From Demequinaceae bacterium (GTDB taxonomy: Bacteria; Actinomycetota; Actinomycetes; Actinomycetales; Demequinaceae), in the NCBI GenBank assembly GCA_965250005.1, contig OZ252279.1, positions 240,001-272,000 of the forward strand: a stretch of 32,000 bases of DNA, in the 5' to 3' direction. How positions within the stretch are numbered: the first letter of the stretch is position 1; each line of letters opens with the position of its first letter. The translations under genes were made by a program, and so were the position numbers. Below, one piece after another: positions 24,602-32,000 of the stretch. Below the pieces are notes generated by a model. The model searched no databases, had not been told where the DNA came from, and was given only the letters and a program-made list of their open reading frames with translations.

Positions 24602-25744
24602 GTGGCCTCACCCGGAAACTACATCACGGCTATCAAGGTCGTCGGAGTAGGCGGCGGCGGCGTAAACGCCGTCAATCGCATGATCGAGGTCGGCCTCCGC
24701 GGCGCAGAATTCATCGCCATCAACACCGACGCCCAGGCGTTGCTGATGTCCGACGCGGACGTCAAGTTGGACATCGGGCGCGACCTGACGCGCGGGCTGG
24801 GCGCGGGCGCAAATCCCGAAGTTGGCCGTCAGGCCACCGAGGATCACCTCGAAGAGATCAAAGAAGCCCTCCAGGGCGCCGACATGGTCTTCGTGACCGC
24901 AGGGGAAGGCGGAGGCACCGGAACCGGCGGCGCACCCGTCGTGGCGCGCGTCGCCCGTGAAATGGGAGCTCTCACCGTTGGCGTGGTTACCAAGCCGTTC
25001 AGCTTCGAAGGCCGCCGCCGGGCAGATCAGGCAGAGGTCGGGATCGAGGCGCTGCGAAGCCAGGTGGACACGCTCATCGTGATCCCCAACGACCGGCTGC
25101 TTGACATCTCTGACCGCCAGCTGAGTTTGCTCGGCGCCTTCGCTGCAGCGGACCAGGTACTCCAGGGCGGCGTCCAAGGAATCACGGACCTTATCACAAC
25201 GCCCGGCCTTATCAACGTGGACTTCAACGACGTCCGTAGCGTGATGCAGGGCGCCGGGACCGCGCTCATGGGGGTCAACTCGGCGCGTGGAGACGATCGC
25301 GCGATCGAGGCAGCCTTGGCGGCCATTTCGTCACCGCTACTCGAGGTGAGCATCGAAGGCGCGCACGGCGTGCTGCTCAGCGTTGCCGGCGGCTCGGATC
25401 TTGGAATCAAAGAGGTGGAGGCCGCGGCGCGCTTGGTGCGTGAGGCTGCCCACCCCGAGGCCAACATAATTTTCGGTACCGTCATCGACGACGCCCTCGG
25501 GGACGAGATTCGCATCACCATTATTGCCGCCGGGTTCGATGGGGGAGCACCGCCGGTGCGTCGTCACCCGGGAGCTCTGGGGCAGGTGGACGGAGCTGTT
25601 CCGGCACCCGCCGTCGCCGCCGTCGCGACCAAAGACATGCCTCTGCCGGTTGCGGTATCCGCGCACGACGGCGCCTCAGACGACACTATGACGATGGACA
25701 TGCCGGGCGACGACGGTCTGGATATCCCCGACTTCCTAAAGTAG
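24602..25744 (+). CDS. ftsZ: Cell division GTPase FtsZ
   Basis: [17 protein letters not shown], the tubulin signature [18 protein letters not shown], and a C-terminal DIPDFLK peptide are present. The start is GTG 24602. Confidence 0.98.
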   Translation: MASPGNYITAIKVVGVGGGGVNAVNRMIEVGLRGAEFIAINTDAQALLMSDADVKLDIGRDLTRGLGAGANPEVGRQATEDHLEEIKEALQGADMVFVTAGEGGGTGTGGAPVVARVAREMGALTVGVVTKPFSFEGRRRADQAEVGIEALRSQVDTLIVIPNDRLLDISDRQLSLLGAFAAADQVLQGGVQGITDLITTPGLINVDFNDVRSVMQGAGTALMGVNSARGDDRAIEAALAAISSPLLEVSIEGAHGVLLSVAGGSDLGIKEVEAAARLVREAAHPEANIIFGTVIDDALGDEIRITIIAAGFDGGAPPVRRHPGALGQVDGAVPAPAVAAVATKDMPLPVAVSAHDGASDDTMTMDMPGDDGLDIPDFLK

Positions 25745-26460
25745 TGGCCTTCCTGAACGCCGGCCTTCCGGTCCACGCGTTCTTCACGACCCGCGCGGAC
25801 GGCGTGAGCAGTTCGCCGTACGATTCACTCAACGTCGCTTATCACGTGGGCGACGTGGCCGCCTACGTTGACGGCAACCGCGCGTTGGTCGAGAAGCGCG
25901 CAGGCGCCCCCGTCGCCTACATGTCGCAGGTCCACGGCAACAACGTGTCGGTCGTGAGTGACGCCGGTCAGGCCCCCGAGTCCGACGCGTTGGTGACCGC
26001 TACCCCCGGCCTCGCTGTAGCCGTCATGGTTGCCGACTGTGTCCCAATTCTCATGCATGATGCGGGCACCGGTGCCGTCGCCGCCGTCCACGCGGGGCGC
26101 ATGGGTGTCGACAACGGGATCGTTGCCGCCACGGTCGACGCGCTACACGCGCTGGGCGCAAAAAATCGAACCATTTCCGTGAACATTGGCCCGGCCATCT
26201 GTGGCGCCTGCTACGAGGTGCCTGCGGACATGCAGGGGGCGCTCGCTTCCCGGTGGCCGTCGGCGCACGCAACCACGTCGTGGGGAACGCCATCACTCGA
26301 CTTGCCCGCAGCCGTGTGGTCTCAGATAGCGGACGTGGGGATCCACAACATCAGTCGGATCCACATGTGCTCCCGCGAACGAGAAGACATGTTCTCCCAC
26401 CGCCGCGATGGCGCGACTGGCCGGTTCGCGGGCGTCATCGTGTGCGAGGGGGCGCCGTAA
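25744..26460 (+). CDS. pgeF: Peptidoglycan editing factor PgeF (YfiH/DUF152, polyphenol-oxidase-like)
   Basis: SQVHGNNV, ADCVPILMHD and AVHAGRMG are present, plus CGACYEV. GTG 25744 overlaps the last base of the ftsZ TAG. Confidence 0.9.
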   Translation: MAFLNAGLPVHAFFTTRADGVSSSPYDSLNVAYHVGDVAAYVDGNRALVEKRAGAPVAYMSQVHGNNVSVVSDAGQAPESDALVTATPGLAVAVMVADCVPILMHDAGTGAVAAVHAGRMGVDNGIVAATVDALHALGAKNRTISVNIGPAICGACYEVPADMQGALASRWPSAHATTSWGTPSLDLPAAVWSQIADVGIHNISRIHMCSREREDMFSHRRDGATGRFAGVIVCEGAP

Positions 26461-26547
26461 GGCTGGCGTGTCGCTCCCCCGAGTTCAAGGCGCCGCGGCC
26501 TACCGTGGTGTGACAGATGTGACTACCAGAAACGTCGGAGGTTGGTG

Positions 26548-27027
26548 ATGAGCGCACTGCACAAGGCAATGGTGTACCTGGGCTTCAGCGCGGATAGGCA
26601 CGAGGAGTACGACTACACCGAAGACGATCTAGCCCCCGTAACGCAGTTGCACGAGGTCTCTGCCGTGCACGCTGGGTCGAGCGGGCGCCGCAGTTCTGGC
26701 GAACACGGCGAGAGAGGGCATAACCCCGGAGGCCACAGTGCCTCGGATTTGCGCCGTATTCAGACGGTCAAGCCCAGCACGTATAACGACGCGCGTGTTA
26801 TTGGCGAGGCATTCCGACAGGGTGTCCCCGTCATCATGAACCTCACTGAGATGCCAGAAGACGAGGCGAAGCGGCTCGTGGACTTTGCAGCCGGATTGAG
26901 CTTTGGGCTACAGGGCTCACTCGAGCGCGTCACGACGTCCGTGTTCCTGCTCTCGCCCGCGCACGTGGAGATCGGCCTCGACACTCCTGCCGTTGCGCCG
27001 GATCCCGGCTTCTACAACCACGGCTAG
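26548..27027 (+). CDS. sepF: Cell division protein SepF
   Basis: MSALHKAMVYLGF is a typical SepF membrane-binding N-terminus. The conserved C-terminal domain reads YNDARVIGEAFRQGVPVIMNLTEMPEDEAKRLVDFAAGLSFGLQGSLERV. ATG 26548 lies 6 nt after GGAGG; the track start 26542 is a TTG. Confidence 0.9.
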   Translation: MSALHKAMVYLGFSADRHEEYDYTEDDLAPVTQLHEVSAVHAGSSGRRSSGEHGERGHNPGGHSASDLRRIQTVKPSTYNDARVIGEAFRQGVPVIMNLTEMPEDEAKRLVDFAAGLSFGLQGSLERVTTSVFLLSPAHVEIGLDTPAVAPDPGFYNHG

Positions 27028-27032
27028 CGTCA

Positions 27033-27326
27033 ATGGACTTCCTCATCAACCTGCTCCAACTGGCTGTCTTCGTATTCTGGTTGATGCTGTTTGGCCGCCT
27101 TGCGGTGAGCCTCATCATGATGTTCGCGCGCGACTGGCGACCACGCGGCCCAGCGCTCGTGCTGACCGAAGTCGTCATGTCCGTCACGGACCCCCCGATG
27201 CGGTTTCTCCGGTCGATCCTGCCAGAGATTACGTTAGGCAATGTTCGCTTCGATCTGAGCATCCTCGTGCTGTTCATGGCGTGCACGCTAACTCTGATGG
27301 TGCTGGCATCGGTCTCGAGCTCGTGA
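27033..27326 (+). CDS. yggT: YggT-family membrane protein
   Basis: 97 aa with two TM helices flanking TDPPMRFLRSILPEITLGNVRFDLSILV. It sits in the canonical position after sepF. Confidence 0.85.
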   Translation: MDFLINLLQLAVFVFWLMLFGRLAVSLIMMFARDWRPRGPALVLTEVVMSVTDPPMRFLRSILPEITLGNVRFDLSILVLFMACTLTLMVLASVSSS

Positions 27327-27401
27327 GGCACGTGTGACGTATAGTGAGGTGCTTGAGGGGAATCTCTCGCACCACGATGAGGATTGAGGACGGAACGGGA
27401 C

Positions 27402-27959
27402 ATGGCGTTGCTCACGGCCGAAGACGTACTGAACAAGTCGTTTTCGAAGACGAAGTACCGTGAAGGCTTCGATCAGGACGAGGTCGACGACTTCCTCGAC
27501 GAGGTAGCCGCCGCAATCAGTGCTTTGACCGAGGAGCGCGACCGTCTTAAGGCCGATCTGGACTCGGGTGGAGGGTCCGGAGGTTCCTCTACGCCCGCAA
27601 GCGCCTTGTTGTCTGCCGCGACAGACACCGCGAACCCGCCCTCGCCCGCCAGCATGCTCGCCATGGCTCAGAAGCTTCACGACGACTATGTTCGCTCGGG
27701 AGAAGAAGAGAAGGAACGCATCGTTTTCGACGCCAAGACCGAGGCAGACCGGATCCGCGCTCGAGCGGACCGCGACGCGCAGGACCGCCTCGCAAACCTG
27801 GGCACCGAGCGCGCCGACCTCGAGCGCAAAATAGATGACCTCAGGCGATTCGAGCGCGACTATCGCGCCCGCCTAAAGACGTACATGGAGAATCTGCTCG
27901 GCGACCTAGACCACGGCGCGGGCAAGGACCGGATGCCCAATTCTGCGCCCACGCTATAA
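27402..27959 (+). CDS. divIVA: DivIVA/Wag31 polar scaffold protein
   Basis: MALLTAEDVLNKSFSKTKYREGFDQDEVDDFLDEV is the DivIVA lipid-binding N-terminal domain, followed by coiled-coil sequence. The start is ATG 27402; the track TTG at 27384 is probably an over-extension. Confidence 0.9.
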   Translation: MALLTAEDVLNKSFSKTKYREGFDQDEVDDFLDEVAAAISALTEERDRLKADLDSGGGSGGSSTPASALLSAATDTANPPSPASMLAMAQKLHDDYVRSGEEEKERIVFDAKTEADRIRARADRDAQDRLANLGTERADLERKIDDLRRFERDYRARLKTYMENLLGDLDHGAGKDRMPNSAPTL

Positions 27960-27983
27960 CCCGTCGCGTTGATATCGCGCGGG
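27960..27983 (+). terminator. GC-rich hairpin immediately after the divIVA stop (possible terminator or processing site)
   Basis: CCCG(t)CGCG at 27960-27968 pairs with CGCGCGGG at 27976-27983 around a 7-nt loop ttgatat, giving 8 G:C pairs and one bulge. No U-tract follows, so the function is uncertain. Confidence 0.3.
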
Positions 27984-28020
27984 AAGGCGACTATTGTCGC
28001 TGACCTACACAAGGAGAGCC

Positions 28021-28473
28021 ATGACTAGCACGGACGTCACCATCATCGTGGTTGACCCCTCGGACGTGAAAGCTACCGACTCCAAGGCAATGATCGTCCG
28101 TGAGGGCGAAGAGCCATGGAGGGTCGCTGAACTTCGCGCCATCGTCAAGACTCTCAACTCGGACGTCCAACGTCTGGTGGAAGAAGTCGCAGACACGGAG
28201 CAAGAGCTTGACGACCTGCTACATACCGCCGAAGGCGCTGGCGATGATCAAGCCGACGCTGGCTCCACGGCGCTCGAGCGCGAGCAAGAAATGTCAATCG
28301 TCAACAACACGCGCGACATGTTGGAGCAGAGCGTTGGCGCGCTCCGACGCATCCAGCAGCACCATTTTGGTACCTGTGCCGTGTGCGGCGAGGGTATCGG
28401 CAAGGCGCGCCTGATGGCGTTCCCTCGTGCTACTCACTGCGTGACGTGCAAGCAGCGCGAAGAGCGCCGCTAA
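28021..28473 (+). CDS. DksA/TraR-family C4 zinc-finger protein
   Basis: The zinc finger is [26 protein letters not shown] (CxxC-x17-CxxC), preceded by a long acidic helical region. ATG 28021 follows an AAGGAGAG RBS. The track start at 27994 is less likely. Confidence 0.8.
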   Translation: MTSTDVTIIVVDPSDVKATDSKAMIVREGEEPWRVAELRAIVKTLNSDVQRLVEEVADTEQELDDLLHTAEGAGDDQADAGSTALEREQEMSIVNNTRDMLEQSVGALRRIQQHHFGTCAVCGEGIGKARLMAFPRATHCVTCKQREERR

Positions 28474-28991
28474 GGTTTCTGCCAGCCGTCTGGCTGGTAG
28501 CCGTCCTTGTCGCCGCATTCGATCAGCTCTCCAAGTTTTGGGCGGTCAACAACCTCGCGGATGGCGGCCGCGTAGATCTCCTCGGAGACTGGCTCGGGCT
28601 TGAGTTGGTCTACAACTCGGGCGCTGCGTTTTCGCTGCTCGACGGCGCGACGTGGGTAGTCACCGTTGTGATGCTTACGGTCACGGGCGCCCTGATCTGG
28701 TATCACGGTCGTGCGCGCGGAAGGCTCGCGATTGGACTCTTCGGAGCGGCGTTGGGCGGTGCCGCCGGCAACCTTATTGACCGCTTGGTTCGAGACGACG
28801 GATGGGGTCGCGGAGCTGTCGTTGACATGATCAACTACGGCGATCAATTCGTGGGCAACGTGGCCGATATCGCGATCGTCGGGGCGGCGGCCGTCGCCGT
28901 TTTGGCTTCGTGGCGCGGGAAAGTGCTCATGGATCCGCAACTGTCGTCGGCGTCGCCAGGCGCAGGCGCAGGCGCAGGCGCCGCGACGTGA
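28446..28991 (+). CDS. lspA: Lipoprotein signal peptidase (signal peptidase II) LspA
   Basis: [20 protein letters not shown] and AVVDMINY...GNVADIAIV carry the conserved Asn/Asp boxes, across four TM segments. There is no ATG near the first TM. GTG 28446 gives a typical short basic N-terminus ([10 protein letters not shown]...) and overlaps the upstream gene by 28 nt. ATG 28383 is the alternative start. Confidence 0.85.
   Translation: MQAARRAPLRFLPAVWLVAVLVAAFDQLSKFWAVNNLADGGRVDLLGDWLGLELVYNSGAAFSLLDGATWVVTVVMLTVTGALIWYHGRARGRLAIGLFGAALGGAAGNLIDRLVRDDGWGRGAVVDMINYGDQFVGNVADIAIVGAAAVAVLASWRGKVLMDPQLSSASPGAGAGAGAAT
28957..28980 (+). repeat. Hexanucleotide microsatellite (CAGGCG)x4
   Basis: Four perfect tandem CAGGCG units encode the PGAGAGAGA tail of LspA. 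The repeat ends 8 nt before the rluD-like GTG start. Confidence 0.9.
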
Positions 28992-29905
28992 GCGAGACGC
29001 GCCGACTCCCTGTCCCTGACGGACTGCTAGGCGAGCGTGCCGATGCGGGCGTGGCCCGGATGCTCGGAGTCAGCCGCACCAAGGCTGCCGCGATGCTGGC
29101 GGCGGGCCACGTGATCTTCAATGGTGCAGGCATTGGCAAGTCTGATCGGCTCGAGGACGGCACGATAGAAATCACGCTTCCAGATGAGCCCGTCACCGGG
29201 CCTGAGCCCGAGATTCCGGGCGGGCTGACCACGGTCTATGAGGACGACGAACTGCTCGTGATCGACAAGCCTGTTGGGGTGGCTGCCCATCCGTCACCGG
29301 GCTGGAACGGTCCCACCGTGGCCGGATCCTTGGCGTCAGCGGGAACGACGCTCGCCAGCGCGGGCGCAGCAGAGAGGCAAGGGATCGTGCACCGGCTCGA
29401 TGTGGGAACGTCGGGTCTCATGGTCGTCGCCAAGACGGATCGCGCGTACAGCGTGCTCAAGGACGCGTTCCGCAGCCGCACGATTGACAAGACGTACCAC
29501 GCGATCGTGCAGGGCCACCCCGATCCAACGGAGGGCACGATTGACGCCCCCATCGGGCGGCACCCGACCGCGGACTACAAGTTCGCCGTGATCGCCGAGG
29601 GCCGGCCCTCGATAACCCATTACTCGGTGATGGAGATGATGCCAGCGGCGTCGCTTCTCGACATCAAACTGGAAACCGGGCGCACCCATCAGATCCGGGT
29701 GCATATGGCGGCGCTACGGCACCCGCTGGTAGGGGACCTCACATACGGCGCGGACCCGACGCTCGCCAAGCGGGCGGGACTTTCCCGTCAGTGGCTCCAC
29801 GCCGTCAAGCTCGGTTTCGATCATCCGGCAACCGGTTCGCGGCTCGAAGTCGAGAGCACCTACCCAGCGGACCTTGCTGGCGCGCTTGACACGCTGCGAG
29901 GCTAG
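28988..29905 (+). CDS. rluD: RluA/RluD-family 23S rRNA pseudouridine synthase
   Basis: An S4-like N-terminus ([21 protein letters not shown]) and the catalytic [15 protein letters not shown] are present, plus [20 protein letters not shown]. Start re-called at GTG 28988, which overlaps the lspA stop as GTGA. The track start 28910 would add a poly-Arg artefact read through the microsatellite. Confidence 0.9.
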   Translation: MSETRRLPVPDGLLGERADAGVARMLGVSRTKAAAMLAAGHVIFNGAGIGKSDRLEDGTIEITLPDEPVTGPEPEIPGGLTTVYEDDELLVIDKPVGVAAHPSPGWNGPTVAGSLASAGTTLASAGAAERQGIVHRLDVGTSGLMVVAKTDRAYSVLKDAFRSRTIDKTYHAIVQGHPDPTEGTIDAPIGRHPTADYKFAVIAEGRPSITHYSVMEMMPAASLLDIKLETGRTHQIRVHMAALRHPLVGDLTYGADPTLAKRAGLSRQWLHAVKLGFDHPATGSRLEVESTYPADLAGALDTLRG

Positions 29906-29943
29906 CGCTTGCGGTTGCGCGCGGCGCCTGCGACGCTGAACTC

Positions 29944-30417
29944 ATGATTCAAGTACTCCCCGTGACCACCCCGGAGCAGTTGGACCAGGCGATGGCTGTG
30001 AGATTCGAGGTCTTCGTGAACGAGCAGGGCGTATCGGTTGAGGGCGAGCGCGATGCACTTGACGACGACCCGGGCACCTTGCACTGCATCGTCTACGACG
30101 GCGACGGGTGCATCGGGGCTGGTCGCCTGCTGGCTCCCGTCGCGGGTGAGAACGGTGACGATGGCAACCCGCACATCGGCCGCGTGGCAGTGTCCAAGAA
30201 TGTGCGCGTGGGCGGTGTGGGCAGGATGATCATGGATTTTCTTGAGGCGGCGGCTCTCGACATGTTCGGGCACAACGGCGAAGTGCGCATCGAGTTGAGC
30301 GCTCAGGATCAGGCGATCGGCTTTTACAAGAAGATCGGTTACACGGTTGTGGGCGATCCGTACCTGGACGAGGGAATCGCGCATCATGACGCCCATAAAG
30401 ATTTGCGCGTCCGCTAA
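29944..30417 (+). CDS. GNAT-family N-acetyltransferase
   Basis: 157 aa. The acetyl-CoA binding region is IGRVAVSKNVRVGGVGRMIMDFLE (the Q/RxxGxG/A-type motif), followed by AIGFYKKIGYTVVG. Confidence 0.85.
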   Translation: MIQVLPVTTPEQLDQAMAVRFEVFVNEQGVSVEGERDALDDDPGTLHCIVYDGDGCIGAGRLLAPVAGENGDDGNPHIGRVAVSKNVRVGGVGRMIMDFLEAAALDMFGHNGEVRIELSAQDQAIGFYKKIGYTVVGDPYLDEGIAHHDAHKDLRVR

Positions 30418-30477
30418 CTCGTGACACAGCCGGGCCAGGCGCGAACGGCGTCGGCTGGCGCACCTAGAATCGAGTCC

Positions 30478-32000
30478 ATGCCTGGCAAGGACTTCGTCCA
30501 TCTACACGTTCACACGGAATACTCCATGCTGGACGGCGCTGCCCGCCTGGACGACCTCTTCGAGGAAGCGAAATCGCTGGGCCAGAGCGCGATGGCGACC
30601 ACGGACCATGGGTTCGTCTTTGGGGCCTACGATTTCTGGTCGAAGGCCAGGCGCGCCGGTATCAAGCCGGTCATCGGAGTCGAGGCCTACCTGACACCTG
30701 GAACGGCCCGCGCCGACCGGACCCGCGTGAAGTGGGGGAACCAGACGCAGGCGTCGGACGATGTCTCCGCGGGCGGGGCCTACACGCACATGACGATGTG
30801 GGCCAAAAACACAGCCGGCATGCACAACCTGTTCCGGATGGCGAGCCACGCGTCGCTCGAAGGCCAGTTCTACAAGCCGCGCATGGACCGCGAGTTGCTC
30901 AACAACTATGGCGATGGCCTGATCGCCACCACTGGATGCCCGTCAGGAGAAGTCCAAACTCGCATGCGGCTGGGACAGTACGACGAGGCAGTGAAGGCCG
31001 CGGGCGAGTTCCAGGATGTGTTCGGGCGGGAGAGTTTCTACGTCGAACTCATGGACCACGGCATCGACATCGAGAAGCGCGTCATCGAGGACCTGTTGCA
31101 ACTCTCGAAGGACATTGGCGCTCCGCTGCTGGCAACAAATGACCTGCACTACGCGCGCAAGGGTGACGCGCACGCGCACGAAGCACTGCTGTGCGTGCAA
31201 TCCGGCAAGACCCTCGCGGACCCGGACCGCTTCAGATTTGACGGCAACGACTACTTCCTCAAGAGCGCCGAGGCAATGCGGGCCATGTGGGCCGATCACC
31301 CCGACGCGTGCGACAACACCCTGGTGGTGGCAGAGCAGTGCGACGTCGAGTTCAACACTGCCGCAGATTACATGCCTCGCTTCGAGTGCCCGGCCGGAGA
31401 AGACGAACACTCATGGTTCGTCAAGGAAGTCCAGCGCGGGCTCGCGGAGCGCTACCGTGGAGCCGTCCCGGCTCATGTGCAGGAGCGCGCAGATTTCGAG
31501 ATCGGCGTCATTTCAGACAAGGGATACCCCGGGTACTTCCTCGTAGTCGCTGACTTTGTTCGCTGGGCCAAGGACAACGGCATCCGGGTAGGGCCGGGTC
31601 GCGGCTCCGGAGCGGGCTCGATGGCCGCCTACTCCATGGGGATCACCGACCTCGACCCCATCGTCCACGGTCTGTACTTTGAGCGCTTCCTCAACCCGGA
31701 GAGGCTCTCCAAGCCCGACTTCGATATTGACTTTGACGAGCGTAGGCGCGGCGAGGTGATCCGCTACGTGAGCGACAAGTACGGCGAGGACAAAGTCGCC
31801 CAGATCGTCACGTACGGCACCATTAAAGCCAAGCAGGCGCTCAAGGACGCCGCACGTGTGCTCGGCAAGCCCTACTCGCTTGGCGAGCAGCTGACCAAGG
31901 CGTACCCGGAGCCGGTTCAGGGCCGGGACCTCGCGCTCGGCAAGGTCTACGACAAGACGGACGACCGCTACTCCGAGGGCGGCGACTTCCGCACCCTTGT
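30478..32000 (+). CDS. dnaE: DNA polymerase III alpha subunit DnaE (5' partial, continues beyond the window)
   Basis: ATG 30478 opens a frame with no stop to the window edge, which is why it is absent from the ORF track. It reads MPGKDFVHLHVHTEYSMLDGAARL (PHP domain), ATTDHG, FYVELMDHG, ATNDLHY, KGYPGYFLVVADFV, GPGRGSGAGS and PDFDIDFD. Confidence 0.95.
   Translation, partial: MPGKDFVHLHVHTEYSMLDGAARLDDLFEEAKSLGQSAMATTDHGFVFGAYDFWSKARRAGIKPVIGVEAYLTPGTARADRTRVKWGNQTQASDDVSAGGAYTHMTMWAKNTAGMHNLFRMASHASLEGQFYKPRMDRELLNNYGDGLIATTGCPSGEVQTRMRLGQYDEAVKAAGEFQDVFGRESFYVELMDHGIDIEKRVIEDLLQLSKDIGAPLLATNDLHYARKGDAHAHEALLCVQSGKTLADPDRFRFDGNDYFLKSAEAMRAMWADHPDACDNTLVVAEQCDVEFNTAADYMPRFECPAGEDEHSWFVKEVQRGLAERYRGAVPAHVQERADFEIGVISDKGYPGYFLVVADFVRWAKDNGIRVGPGRGSGAGSMAAYSMGITDLDPIVHGLYFERFLNPERLSKPDFDIDFDERRRGEVIRYVSDKYGEDKVAQIVTYGTIKAKQALKDAARVLGKPYSLGEQLTKAYPEPVQGRDLALGKVYDKTDDRYSEGGDFRTL

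Noticed and set aside
1-32000. Scan for CRISPR arrays, tRNA/rRNA genes, IS elements, integrases, toxin-antitoxin pairs or defence islands
   Set aside because: No spaced repeat arrays, no terminal inverted repeats flanking a transposase-like ORF and no cloverleaf-like conserved tRNA boxes were noticed. Every large ORF is accounted for by housekeeping or conserved-hypothetical families.

Overview
High-GC actinobacterial chromosome (Actinomycetales/Micrococcales-like; the taxon is a guess from gene order and composition). Most of the window is core genome, dominated by a complete division/cell-wall (dcw) cluster on the + strand: mraZ-rsmH-ftsL-ftsI-murE-murF-mraY-murD-ftsW-murG-murC-ftsQ-ftsZ-pgeF-sepF-yggT-divIVA. 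Downstream are a DksA/TraR-type zinc-finger gene, lspA, an RluD-type pseudouridine synthase, a GNAT acetyltransferase and the 5' part of dnaE, which runs off the window and is therefore absent from the ORF track. The left 10.4 kb holds:
- a 3' gene fragment
- a membrane-anchored metzincin-like protease
- a HelD-like SF1 helicase
- a PAC2-family protein
- cspA, with a structured leader and a bidirectional terminator
- a spermidine-synthase-like methyltransferase
- a DUF3040 membrane protein
- a translationally coupled MoxR ATPase / DUF58 / TgpA-like transglutaminase operon, transcribed divergently from mraZ

I see no CRISPR array, tRNA/rRNA, transposase, integrase or recognisable defence system, and no convincing wholly novel system. 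The best candidates for follow-up are:
- the uncharacterised MoxR-DUF58-transglutaminase module, which shares a 195-bp control region with mraZ
- that region's array of five 10-bp-phased GTGG boxes, a putative MraZ operator
- a DksA-like protein that keeps the two acidic tip residues at E. coli-like spacing from its zinc finger
- a class-II-like HelD

Several track ORFs are over-extended at the 5' end. I re-called their starts from RBS positions and GTGA/ATGA stop-start overlaps.
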